Source: an uncultured Candidatus Binatia bacterium (GTDB taxonomy: Bacteria; Desulfobacterota; Binatia; HRBIN30; CADEER01). Taken from it: a stretch of 64,000 bases of DNA. Location: assembly GCA_965216585.1 (NCBI GenBank), contig CBDCGC010000003.1, forward strand, positions 2,337,219 to 2,401,218, in the 5' to 3' direction. The translations under genes and the position numbers were made by a program. The notes under the pieces are model-generated. The model saw only the letters and a list, made by a program, of their open reading frames with translations. It was not told where the DNA came from and ran no database searches. Of the stretch, positions 42,115 to 52,856 are shown piece after piece; position 1 is the first letter of the stretch, and each line of letters begins with the position of its first letter.

Positions 42115-42216
42115 ATGAGCTTCGACACGCTGCTGATAGCCACTCGGGGCGAAGTTGCCATTCGCGTCATCCGCACCTGCGCCAACCTCGGCTGCGAGAG
42201 TGTCGCCACCTGGTGA
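42115..42216 (+). pseudogene. remnant of biotin carboxylase (accC / ATP-grasp biotin-dependent carboxylase) N-terminus, 33 codons then stop
   Basis: MSFDTLLIATRGEVAIRVIRTCANLGCESVATW* matches the conserved N-terminus (KILIANRGEIA(V/L)R(V/I)IRAC.ELGI.TVAV) and then terminates; nothing further downstream. Confidence 0.5.
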
Positions 42217-42251
42217 TCGTCGGTCGCAAACCCGTCGGTGAACCGGCTCCC

Positions 42252-43007
42252 CTACGGATCGCGATCCGCCCAGGCCTCTTCGTAGAACGCGAGAAGATCT
42301 TCGCCGAGGTTCTTGATCAACCAGCGGTGAACGAGCCCGGCGCGCGCTTCCCAACCGTCGTCGACGTGCAGCGCATGGGCACCGGCCACAGCTTCAAAAT
42401 CGCCGTGCAACGCCGCGGCGAGAGCCTGAACCTCGCCGGCCGGAGCGACTTCGTCCTCCTCGCCGGCAACCACCAGGGTGCCAAGAAACTTGGCGGTCCC
42501 ACCGGTGGGCACCGAGTCGATGAGCCGGGGGGAGGCTACCAGCTCGTCGATCAGCCCGTCCGGCTCGCGGACATCACCGTCCGGGTACGAACCCGCGAGA
42601 CCCTTGCCCGGTTGCCGGTCGGCGCGGCGCAACCTCTGCAACCATGTGCCCGAATCGCGCAGCGCCGCGGCACTGACCAAGGGCGCAAGAGCGACGACGG
42701 CGCGCACGCTGTCCCGCAGGTTCAAGGCGAGCGATGCGCCGAGATCTTGCCCGATCAGCACCGGCACCGCATCGAGATCGGCAATCGCTTCACGCAACGA
42801 ATCGTGCCTCGAGCGCAGCGACCTGCCTTGCTGCCTGTCCCAACCGAGCGAAATACAGCGCCAGCCGCGGTGAGAAAGGAAGCTCGTCATGCGTCGCCAC
42901 GAGTGGCGCGCGTCCCACAGACCGTGAGCGAAGACCAGCGGCGCGGTGAACTTCGCACTCTCCGCCTCGCTGTATTCCGCATGCAGTGGGCCGAGAGTTT
43001 GCGCCAT
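42252..43007 (-). CDS. alpha/beta-hydrolase fold protein (Asp-nucleophile type, epoxide-hydrolase/dehalogenase-like)
   Basis: LVFAHGLWDARHSW (HG oxyanion region) and IGQDLGASLAL elbow with Asp in the nucleophile position. Start at ATG 43007 (alternative 43085). Confidence 0.55.
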   Translation of the reverse strand: MAQTLGPLHAEYSEAESAKFTAPLVFAHGLWDARHSWRRMTSFLSHRGWRCISLGWDRQQGRSLRSRHDSLREAIADLDAVPVLIGQDLGASLALNLRDSVRAVVALAPLVSAAALRDSGTWLQRLRRADRQPGKGLAGSYPDGDVREPDGLIDELVASPRLIDSVPTGGTAKFLGTLVVAGEEDEVAPAGEVQALAAALHGDFEAVAGAHALHVDDGWEARAGLVHRWLIKNLGEDLLAFYEEAWADRDP

Positions 43008-43183
43008 CCACCCATTTCTAGAGAAAGCGCAGGCGAGCGCAAGGCAAGTCGATACGACGGAACCACGCCTTCGATGTACCCACAATGCGAAAAGGCTCTC
43101 CGCTTGGAGAGCCTTTCCGTGAGCCTGGTGTCTGCTTGAGAGAGAGAGAAATCTGGCCGAGTGTATGGCCCTACGTGTGCTGC

Positions 43184-43369
43184 CTACTTCTTCTTCTTGG
43201 CTGCCGAACGGGTCTTCTTCCGTGCCGGAGCTTTCTTCTTGGCACGCGACGTGCGCTTCTTCGTGGTCTTCTTGCGCGTCGCCTTCTTGCGAGTGGTCTT
43301 CTTTCTCGCCGTGCGCTTCTTCGTGGTCTTCTTACGCGTCGTCTTTCTCTTTTTCCTTGCTACTGGCAT
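43184..43369 (-). CDS. small histone-H1-like Lys/Arg-rich DNA-binding protein (repeats of RKKTTKKRTA)
   Basis: Perfect AAGGAGG Shine-Dalgarno 7 nt upstream of ATG 43369; 61 aa, more than 55% K/R: MPVARKKRKTTRKKTTKKRTARKKTTRKKATRKKTTKKRTSRAKKKAPARKKTRSAAKKKK. Confidence 0.6.
   Translation of the reverse strand: MPVARKKRKTTRKKTTKKRTARKKTTRKKATRKKTTKKRTSRAKKKAPARKKTRSAAKKKK
43215..43360. repeat. tandem 60-nt (30-nt sub-periodic) duplication inside the histone-like gene
   Basis: gtgcgcttcttcgtggtcttcttgcgcgtcg... (43251-43310) is repeated from 43311 with a single mismatch over more than 30 nt. Confidence 0.6.
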
Positions 43370-43751
43370 AACAGCCTCCTTGATGAAGCGTTCTGTGATT
43401 TCGTGACCTCTCTCATCACAGACACTCTCCTCAACAGCCACACCTCACCAGAACTTGCCGGATTATAGGGTCCACTTTGGGGTTGGTCAAGCCAGAATGC
43501 CATTTTGGAAATGATTTTTTAAAACCAATTTCTTCCATTCTTTAGCGGAAGTCTGTGCACACAGTCGTTGCAGTGCATGCGCGCAGCTTCTCCATTCACG
43601 GATCACTCGAAGACCCCAGTGAAACGCATCGGACTTATTCCACCGCCAATACATACCACAAAAATCTTGACCGTTGGTCGCTGCGGTGCCACGCACCGCC
43701 CAAGCACAACGCCGCTACGTCGTGTGCCGCAAGGGGTTGCCGCGTCGGCGC

Positions 43752-45450
<1,699 letters not shown>

Positions 45451-45485
45451 TCGATCCGGCTGGATTCTTTCAGCCTCGTCCCAGC

Positions 45486-45941
45486 CTAGCCCTCCTCCTC
45501 GGCGACGAGATCTTCGTATTCATCGGTCGAGAGCATTTCGTCGAGCTCACCGGCATCGTCCAGGTTGACCTCGAGCAACCAGCCTTCGTAATAAGGATCC
45601 TCGTTGGCCAGGCTGGGCTGTTCCTCCAGCTCGGGATTGCTGGCGGCGACGCTGCCGGTAACGGGAGAGCGGATTTCCTGCACCGTCCGCGAAGTCTCGA
45701 GCTCGCCGCAGACTTCACCGCGCTCGATTCGCTCGCCGACCTCGGGAAGCTCGATGGCAAGGATTTCACCGGTCTTCAGTTGGCCGATCTCCGAGATTCC
45801 GAGCTGCGCAATGTCGTCCTCGACGCGGACCCAGAAATGGTCGCGTGTAAACCTCAACACCGGCTCGGATGCACGGTCGTCGATCTTCGCCTTCTTCTTG
45901 CGCGGCGCCACGGCGCGGTAGTTACAAAGGTGCGCCGGCAT
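45486..45941 (-). CDS. gcvH: glycine cleavage system H protein (lipoyl carrier)
   Basis: HFWVRVEDDIAQLGISE...LPEVGERIERGEVCGELETSRTVQEIRSPVTGSV with the lipoyl-Lys context (ETSKT-like) and EPY..GWL. N-terminal extension suggests the true start may be internal. Confidence 0.75.
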   Translation of the reverse strand: MPAHLCNYRAVAPRKKKAKIDDRASEPVLRFTRDHFWVRVEDDIAQLGISEIGQLKTGEILAIELPEVGERIERGEVCGELETSRTVQEIRSPVTGSVAASNPELEEQPSLANEDPYYEGWLLEVNLDDAGELDEMLSTDEYEDLVAEEEG

Positions 45942-46145
45942 GTCAAGACCTGGATTTCACCCGGATTTTGTGGCTCCCCGGCTCTGTGGTCGCCAACGAG
46001 AACCTGCCGCGGCGCAGCGCCGTGAATCCAATCGCGCCGGCCACTCGTAACGTCATCGAAGGTCGGCAAGAAAGTTTCGAGTTCACTCATCCCCTCGGAT
46101 GCGTCGAAGCGATTCCACGTGTTTCGTCCCAATGAAGGTGTTCCC

Positions 46146-46652
46146 ATGCGTCCCCGCAAACCTCACCCCGCTTCGCTCGACGAAGTCGTGATCCGCCGCG
46201 CCGGCCACGAGGCCGTGATCGACTTTCGCGAGCCCGGATTCGCGACGACCCACCTCCAGCTCGGAGCAGACGCCGACGCGATGTCAGACGGTGAGATTCT
46301 TCACTGCTTCAACGAGACGTTACGGACGCAGCTCGCAGCCGTCGAGGCGTACGAAAACGTCGCCGTCGAGATCCCGCCCGGGCAACCTCAGATCCGCTTT
46401 TTCGAAGCGGGAGAACAGTGGACGCCTCGCGGTTCGGTGCTGCGCTGCCTGGTCGACGACGGCGGGCCGCAGGGAGAGGCGATCATCCACGTCGACGATG
46501 TCGAGCTTTCTCTAGCGGAGTTTGGCCGCCTCCTGTGCACCTACGCCGGCTGGGGAATGCGCATATGCTTCGTTCCCGAGGAGCGCTTGGAGGAATCGCC
46601 TGAAATCGAAATCGGCACACCGGAGGACGAGCCCGGTGCAATCGACACGTGA
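46146..46652 (+). CDS. hypothetical protein
   Basis: ORF with a plausible Shine-Dalgarno; no recognisable family. Immediately upstream of the molybdoenzyme gene. Confidence 0.35.
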   Translation: MRPRKPHPASLDEVVIRRAGHEAVIDFREPGFATTHLQLGADADAMSDGEILHCFNETLRTQLAAVEAYENVAVEIPPGQPQIRFFEAGEQWTPRGSVLRCLVDDGGPQGEAIIHVDDVELSLAEFGRLLCTYAGWGMRICFVPEERLEESPEIEIGTPEDEPGAIDT

Positions 46653-46746
46653 GGCGACGAGCGGATCCTATCCGGCGATCCGAAGCGGCTCTTCTCTCCT
46701 GTTGGCCTCTGGGCTACGACTTGCTCGGGTGATCGAGGAGACGAAG

Positions 46747-48918
46747 ATGGAGAGCGCGAGCACCAAGACGGTCTACCGAACCTGCCCGCTGTGCGAAGCC
46801 TGTTGCGGCCTGGCCATCGAGGTCGAGAACGACCGAGTCGTACAGGTACGACCCGACGCCGAGGACGTGTTCTCAAGGGGTTTCATCTGCCCCAAGGGCG
46901 TCGCTGTCGCCGAGATCCACAACGACCCCGACCGGATCCGCTCGCCGCTGCGGCGCACCGCCGGCGGCGACTTCGAGGAAATCTCGTGGTCGAGCGCGCT
47001 CGATCTCGCTGCCGAGAAGTTGGCAGCGACACGCGACCGCCACGGTGCCAACGCGGTCGGCATCTACTACGGCAACCCGATCATCCACAACCACGGCGCC
47101 CTGATGCTGCGCAAGGCGCTGCTCGCCGCCGTCGGCACCCGCAATGTCTTCAGTGCCGGCTCGCAGGACACCGCACCGCGCTTCGCAACCTCCTACTACC
47201 TCTTCGGCAGCTCGCTGGTCACGCCGGTTCCCGACGTCGATCGCTGCGACTACTTCCTCTGCATCGGAGCCAACCCCGTCGTTTCCAACGGCAGCGCCAT
47301 GACGGCGCCCAACATGCGCGCGCGCCTGCGCGCGATCCGCGAACGCGGCGGCAAGATCGTCGTCGCCGACCCGCGCCGCACGGAAACCGCTCAGGTGGCG
47401 GACGAGCACATTGCCATCCGACCGGGTGGCGACGCCGCATTTCTGCTGGCGCTGGTGCGAGTTCTCATCGACGGTGGCCACGTCGACAATTCCTTCGTCG
47501 CAGACCACACGGTCGGTTGGCACGATGTCGCCGAGAAGCTGGCCAAGCTCGACCTCCGCCAGGCAGCGGAATGCTGCGCCATCGACCTCGTGACGATCGA
47601 GCGCGTCGCTCACGAGCTCGTGGATGCAACGGCTGGCGTCGCCTACTCGCGCGTCGGCACCTGCAACAACCGCTACGGCACGCTCGCCACGTGGGCGACG
47701 GATCTGCTGAACATCGCCGCCGGTCGGCTCGGTCGCGAGGGCGGATGGATGTTTTCGACACCTGCCTTCGACAGTACGTTGGTGACGCGCCTACCAGGCG
47801 GCGACGGCCATGCGCGCTGGCACAGCCGCGTGCGCGGCCTACCGGAAACGCTGGGCGACCTACCGGCAGCCTGTCTGGCCGAGGAGATCGAGGCGCCGGG
47901 CGACGGCCAGATCCGCGCGCTGATGACCTTTGCCGGCAATCCGGTCCTCTCCACACCCAACGGCCGCCGCCTCGCCAGCGCTCTCGGCGAACTCGACTTC
48001 ATGGTGTCGATCGATCTCTACGTCAACGAGACGACGCGGCACGCCGACCTGATTCTGCCTTCGGCCTGGGCGCTGGCAGAAGATCACGTCGACATGTTGG
48101 TGTCGGGATTCGCCGTGCGCAACTTCGCGCGCTGGTCGCCACCGGTGGTGCGGGCGTCTGAGAACGAGCGAGCCGATTGGGAAATCCTGCTCGCCATCAT
48201 CCGCCGCTTGGGTGGCGGGCCGACCGGCGACCGCATCCCCGACACCCTCCTTTCGGCATGCGAGAAGCTCGGTTACCGCTGGCATCCAACCAAGATGGCG
48301 AACCTGCTGCTCCGCGTCGGCCCACACGGCGACCGCTTCCTGCCGTGGCGAGATGGCTTGAACATGAAAAAGCTGCAGGCGGCGCCACACGGTATCGATC
48401 TCGGTGCCCTGCAACCGGGTTTGCAGCGCGTCCAGCACGGCGATGGCCGGGTCCATCTCGCCGCCGAACCGATCCTGCGCGCCTTCGATGCGTTGCTCGA
48501 CGACCTGCGCACCAAGCCTGCACCGGATCAGGTTCTCTTGATCGGCCGGCGCGAGGTGCGCACGTGCAACTCGTGGATCCACAACGCGCCATCGATGGTC
48601 AATGGCCGTGAACGATGCGTTCTCTACGTCCATCCGGACGATGCAGCGAGCGCCAACCTCAGCGACGGTGGCATCGCCCGCATCGAGAGTCGAGTCCACA
48701 GCGGCGATGTCCGGGTGCACGTTACCAAAGACGTCCGCCCCGGTGTCGTCAGCCTACCGCACGGCTGGGGCCATGCCGACGCCGCTCGCTGGCAAGAAGT
48801 CGCGGGTGCCCGCCCGGGAGTATCCGCCAACGACTGGACGGACGACCAGGACGTCGAGCTCGTCGTCGGGCAATCGATCCTCAACGGCGTCCCCGTGCGC
48901 CTGAGCGCCGCCGCTTGA
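46747..48918 (+). CDS. molybdopterin-dependent oxidoreductase, MopB superfamily (NasA/NarB- or formate-dehydrogenase-like catalytic subunit with N-terminal 4Fe-4S)
   Basis: GAGGAG Shine-Dalgarno; CPLCEACCGL...FICPKG Fe-S motif; 723 aa; molybdopterin-binding and C-terminal MopB-barrel-like segments. Confidence 0.8.
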   Translation: MESASTKTVYRTCPLCEACCGLAIEVENDRVVQVRPDAEDVFSRGFICPKGVAVAEIHNDPDRIRSPLRRTAGGDFEEISWSSALDLAAEKLAATRDRHGANAVGIYYGNPIIHNHGALMLRKALLAAVGTRNVFSAGSQDTAPRFATSYYLFGSSLVTPVPDVDRCDYFLCIGANPVVSNGSAMTAPNMRARLRAIRERGGKIVVADPRRTETAQVADEHIAIRPGGDAAFLLALVRVLIDGGHVDNSFVADHTVGWHDVAEKLAKLDLRQAAECCAIDLVTIERVAHELVDATAGVAYSRVGTCNNRYGTLATWATDLLNIAAGRLGREGGWMFSTPAFDSTLVTRLPGGDGHARWHSRVRGLPETLGDLPAACLAEEIEAPGDGQIRALMTFAGNPVLSTPNGRRLASALGELDFMVSIDLYVNETTRHADLILPSAWALAEDHVDMLVSGFAVRNFARWSPPVVRASENERADWEILLAIIRRLGGGPTGDRIPDTLLSACEKLGYRWHPTKMANLLLRVGPHGDRFLPWRDGLNMKKLQAAPHGIDLGALQPGLQRVQHGDGRVHLAAEPILRAFDALLDDLRTKPAPDQVLLIGRREVRTCNSWIHNAPSMVNGRERCVLYVHPDDAASANLSDGGIARIESRVHSGDVRVHVTKDVRPGVVSLPHGWGHADAARWQEVAGARPGVSANDWTDDQDVELVVGQSILNGVPVRLSAAA

Positions 48919-48963
48919 TCGGCGCCGGTTGGTCGGCGCCTACCGGCCCGGTACATTGACCGA

Positions 48964-50112
48964 GTGAGCCTGGAGGTATCTCTCGAGCAGCGCATTGCCG
49001 ACATCGATCGCGCCGCATGGGATGGTTTGGTCGGCTCCGAGCAGTCACCGTTCCTCGAATGGGACTGGCTGCAGGCGCTGGAAGAGTCGGGGTGCGTCGC
49101 CGCCGCCACCGGCTGGCGAGCGCATCACCTGACGGTCCGACAAGACGGAGCGCTGGTCGCCGCGGCGCCCGCCTATCTCAAGGCACACAGCCAGGGGGAA
49201 TTCGTCTTCGACCACGGTTGGGCCGACGCTGCCGATCGCGCCGGCATACGATACTATCCCAAGCTGCTGCTTGGCATCCCGTTCACGCCGGCGAGTGGAC
49301 GGCGAATCCTCACCCATGCCGAACACGACCGGGGCGCTCTGGTGGGCATGGTCGGCAAAGCGTTGCGGCAGATCTGCGAGGGCAACGACATCTCATCGGC
49401 GCACGTCAACTTCTGCCAAGACGACGAGGTCGCGGCCTTGTCCGCCGTCGGTTTCCTCCACCGGCAGGGCGTGCAGTACCACTGGCAAAACCGAAACTAC
49501 GCCGTCTTTGACGATTACCTCGACGCCTTGAAGAGCAAGCGGCGCAATCAGATCCGGCGCGAACGGCGCGAGCTGCAGAAGAGTGGAGTCGCACTCGAGG
49601 TTCTCGAAGGCGAGGCAATCCCCGACGACATCTTCGAGCCGATGTTTCGCATCTACCTCTCGACGATCGAGAAGCTCTACTGGGGGCAGCAGTACCTGAA
49701 CCGCGAGCTCTTCGAGTTGCTGCGTGGTCCGTGGCGCAAAAACCTCTGTTTCGTCGTCGCTCGCCGAGACGGCAAGCTCGTCGCCGGCGCCATCAACGTG
49801 CAAAAGGCTGGCATTCTATACGGCCGTTACTGGGGCTGTTTCGAGAACATTCGCAACCTGCATTTCGAAGTCTGCTACTACCAGGGCATCGAACACTGCA
49901 TCCGCCGCGGCTGGCGCTCCTTCGAACCCGGCGCCGGCGGTGACTTCAAGTATCTACGCGGCTTCGAGCCAACGGCGACACACAGCATGCACTACGTCGC
50001 CCACCCTGCGTTTGCCCGCGCCGTTGATGAGTTCCTCGCCAGCGAGCGCAGCCACGTCGACGACGCGATCCAACACATGAAGACGCGCGGCCCCGTCAAA
50101 GTGGCGCGCTGA
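48964..50112 (+). CDS. GNAT-fold acyltransferase of the FemAB-like family (PF04339/DUF482-type)
   Basis: 382 aa with the architecture and motifs of DUF482/FemAB-like proteins (...NFCQDDEV...YWGQQYLNRELFELL...FEPGAGGDFKYLRGFEP). Confidence 0.55.
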   Translation: MSLEVSLEQRIADIDRAAWDGLVGSEQSPFLEWDWLQALEESGCVAAATGWRAHHLTVRQDGALVAAAPAYLKAHSQGEFVFDHGWADAADRAGIRYYPKLLLGIPFTPASGRRILTHAEHDRGALVGMVGKALRQICEGNDISSAHVNFCQDDEVAALSAVGFLHRQGVQYHWQNRNYAVFDDYLDALKSKRRNQIRRERRELQKSGVALEVLEGEAIPDDIFEPMFRIYLSTIEKLYWGQQYLNRELFELLRGPWRKNLCFVVARRDGKLVAGAINVQKAGILYGRYWGCFENIRNLHFEVCYYQGIEHCIRRGWRSFEPGAGGDFKYLRGFEPTATHSMHYVAHPAFARAVDEFLASERSHVDDAIQHMKTRGPVKVAR

Positions 50113-50118
50113 CGCCGC

Positions 50119-51309
50119 TCAGGCACAGCGAACCGGCATCTCTTCAATGCCGACGATGAAGTTCGACGGCCGCATCGGCAACGCCTCGCTGGTGGCCAGC
50201 TCGAGGTTGTTTAGCTCTCGGCAGATCTCGTCAAACATCGCCGTCAGCTCGAGGCGAGCCAGGCTGGCGCCAAGACAGAAGTGGGCGCCATACCCGCCAA
50301 AGGCAACGTGCGGATTCGGGTGGCGTTCGATATCGAAGGTAAACGGATCGTCGAACACGCTCTCGTCGCGATTGCCCGAGGGGTAGAGCAACATCAGCTT
50401 GTCGCCTTCTCTGATCTGCTCACCGTGCAGCTCGACGTCGCGTGTCGCGGTGCGCGACATGTTCTGAATAGGAGTGACCCAACGCAGCATCTCCTCGATC
50501 GCCAGCGGAATCTTCTGCCGATCGTCAACCAGCGCCGCATACTGCCCGCGGTGCATCAAGAGCTGGTACATCCCACCGGAGAGCACGTGTCGAGTCGTCT
50601 CGTCACCGCCAATCAGGATGAGCAAAGACTCCTGCAAGAGCGCCTCGTCGTCGAGCTTCTCACCGTCGATCTCGGCGTGCACCAGGATGCTCATGAGATC
50701 GTCGGCCGGTCCATTGGCTCGTCGGTCGGCGACGACCTCGCGATTGTAGGCGCTGTATTCCTCGAACGCCTGCATCGCCGCCGCGGCCGCTTCGGGTGTT
50801 GCCGTGGCCGACGTCCCGATGATCAAGTCGTCCGACCAGCGCAGCAAACGGTCGCGGTCCTCCGGTGCCACTCCGAGAAGATCGCCAATCACGATCATCG
50901 GCAGCGGTGCCGCGACATCGCGGACGAAATCAAAACTGCCCTTTGCTTTCGCTTCGCTCACCAGAGTGCGGCAGATGCCGCGGATTTTCGGTCCGTGATC
51001 TGTGACCCGGCGCGGCGTAAAACCGCTGCTGACCAACCGGCGCCGCTGCACGTGCTCGGGATCGTCCATGTTGATCATCGAGGGAATTGCCGGCTGGTCG
51101 GGGCGCATTCCCTGGCTGTTGCAAAAAACCGCAGGGGTCTTCGAGACGTGCATGATGTCGGCGTGCGTCGAGACGCCCCAGACCCGGCATCCTTCGTCCC
51201 AAAAGACCGGGGCATTGGCGCGCATCCAGCGAAACGACGGGTGTGGATCGGCGGCGTAGAAATGGCCGTCCAGCAAGTTGATGGCGGGGTTTGGTAGGTG
51301 GTTCGGCAT
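50119..51309 (-). CDS. cytochrome P450
   Basis: Haem loop FGGYGAHFCLGASLA; GGDETT I-helix; EEMLRW EXXR motif. Confidence 0.9.
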   Translation of the reverse strand: MPNHLPNPAINLLDGHFYAADPHPSFRWMRANAPVFWDEGCRVWGVSTHADIMHVSKTPAVFCNSQGMRPDQPAIPSMINMDDPEHVQRRRLVSSGFTPRRVTDHGPKIRGICRTLVSEAKAKGSFDFVRDVAAPLPMIVIGDLLGVAPEDRDRLLRWSDDLIIGTSATATPEAAAAAMQAFEEYSAYNREVVADRRANGPADDLMSILVHAEIDGEKLDDEALLQESLLILIGGDETTRHVLSGGMYQLLMHRGQYAALVDDRQKIPLAIEEMLRWVTPIQNMSRTATRDVELHGEQIREGDKLMLLYPSGNRDESVFDDPFTFDIERHPNPHVAFGGYGAHFCLGASLARLELTAMFDEICRELNNLELATSEALPMRPSNFIVGIEEMPVRCA

Positions 51310-51368
51310 GCGCCCATCCCTCGTCTACTACAAGCAGCAGGGCACTGAAACGCCGCCCATTCGTTTGC

Positions 51369-51397
51369 CATGTCGTGCCATTTTTTGGCACGACATG
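51369..51397. promoter_or_regulatory. perfect 12-bp inverted repeat catgtcgtgcca-ttttt-tggcacgacatg in the divergent P450 / membrane-protein intergenic region (candidate operator)
   Basis: Seen directly. Followed by TTGACA at 51400-51405. Confidence 0.4.
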
Positions 51398-51507
51398 ACT
51401 TGACAGAACGCAATTCGGCCGGGTCGCCTCGCAACTCGTAATGGTCAATGAAAAATTCAGTCGTGGCGACGTTCTTGCTACTACCTGCATGAACGGGAGG
51501 TAACTCG

Positions 51508-52227
51508 ATGAGCGACGTCGAAAAAACCAACGATGCCGCGGTGCCAAGCAAGGACAGCGACCGCTATACGACGCTCTTGCACATTCAATGGGCATTCGCT
51601 TTGTCCTGTGCGTATCTCGTCCTCTTCAACGAGCAGGCCGAGTGGTCCCTGGCCGGCGCCCTGTTGATCGTCGCCCTCTTCGCCCTCAACCTGGTTCTCG
51701 GCCGCCTCGGCCCGAGCGTCTTGTCGAAGAGCGGCTTCGTCTTCTTTCTCGCCGGCATCGACATCGCGCTGGTTACAGCTTGCCTGTTCGTCGCCGACCA
51801 GCTTTCGATTCAAATCGTTCTGCTGTGCCTCGGCGTCCTCGTACTGTCGATCGCCGGACTCCGCATCGGGACGATCGCCGTCAGCACTCTGGTCATGATG
51901 GCTCTGTACCTGCTCTCGGTATGGCTGACCAGCAGCGAGTCTTTCCTGCGCTCGAGCGTCCTGTTGCGCGTTCCTCTTCTCTTCACCTCGGCCTTCGTCT
52001 TCGCCTGGCTGGTAGAGGCCGGCTCGAGCAGCTCGCAACGCATGACCAGTGACATTGCCGCGCCCTCGGCGGAGATCGAAGAGAAGCTGAACGCGCAGTT
52101 GGCGGCCATCGAGCGCTGCAGATCGGCTGCGAGTGAGGGCGCAACCGACGAGATCGCCACCGCACTCGATGAAATCGGAGAGCAGAACCGCACCATCCAC
52201 GCCCGCATGCGGGCGCTACTCGGTTGA
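51508..52227 (+). CDS. integral membrane protein (about 5 TM helices) with C-terminal coiled-coil
   Basis: Hydrophobic segments and a C-terminal EIEEKLNAQLAAIERCRSAASEG coiled coil; no recognisable family. Confidence 0.45.
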   Translation: MSDVEKTNDAAVPSKDSDRYTTLLHIQWAFALSCAYLVLFNEQAEWSLAGALLIVALFALNLVLGRLGPSVLSKSGFVFFLAGIDIALVTACLFVADQLSIQIVLLCLGVLVLSIAGLRIGTIAVSTLVMMALYLLSVWLTSSESFLRSSVLLRVPLLFTSAFVFAWLVEAGSSSSQRMTSDIAAPSAEIEEKLNAQLAAIERCRSAASEGATDEIATALDEIGEQNRTIHARMRALLG

Positions 52228-52785
52228 GAGCTCGCCGTCCGTCTTGGTCGACACAGCCGGTTCGGTCGCGAGGATGACGACGGGGATGTGACGGTCGGTG
52301 TTGGCTCGGTGGCGAGCGTAGAAGAAGTTCTCGGCGTGCAAGATCGGCCAGATCTCTTGCTCTTCCCGAGCATCGGCAGCGCGAGCCGACACGCGCAGGG
52401 TCGCTCCCTCGATTTGCACCGAAGCCTTCGGATTCGCTTGCAGATTCAGCCACCATATCGGATCCCGGTCAGCACCGCCGTTCGACGCAACGACGACGAT
52501 GTCGTCTCGGTGACGAACGTACGAGAGTGGAACGGTCCGCGGCTCGCCCGAACGGCGGCCGGTCGTCGTCAACAAGAGGTTGGTAATCCTGCCCGACGAA
52601 TGACCGACGAGTCCGCGGGTCAGCTTGTACACAGCGGCGTGCACACGACCCCACCGACTCCACAGCCGCCGCTCGGCGATCCACTTCAAGATTCGAAGCT
52701 CGATGTTGGTCACCTCACCTTGGTGGCAGGCACCGGCAGCCGGTGCAAGATCTCTCGCGCTAGCAACAGGCGCTAGACACGGCAT
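52216..52785 (-). CDS. nitroreductase-fold deazaflavin(F420H2)-dependent reductase, DUF385/PNPOx-like family
   Basis: LLTTTGRRSGEPRTVPLSYV...VVVASNGGADRDPIWWLNLQANP signature. The start is uncertain: ORF begins at 52896, Met at 52785 used. Confidence 0.6.
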   Translation of the reverse strand: MPCLAPVASARDLAPAAGACHQGEVTNIELRILKWIAERRLWSRWGRVHAAVYKLTRGLVGHSSGRITNLLLTTTGRRSGEPRTVPLSYVRHRDDIVVVASNGGADRDPIWWLNLQANPKASVQIEGATLRVSARAADAREEQEIWPILHAENFFYARHRANTDRHIPVVILATEPAVSTKTDGELSTE

Positions 52786-52856
52786 CTCACCGTCACCAAC
52801 GCAGTTCGCCCGCAGCGCAGATACGTGCTTGGCTAGCAGCGTGAGGGCTGCTCCCG

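Noticed and set aside
41991-43139. 382-aa plus-strand ORF following the accC remnant
   Set aside because: No biotin-carboxylase similarity beyond codon 33 in any plus frame. It is antisense to the alpha/beta-hydrolase gene.
51387-51405. Possible sigma-54 promoter (TGGCACG ... ) inside the palindrome
   Set aside because: The -12 element does not fit: GACT sits where TTGC is required, 4 nt after TGGCACG, on either strand.
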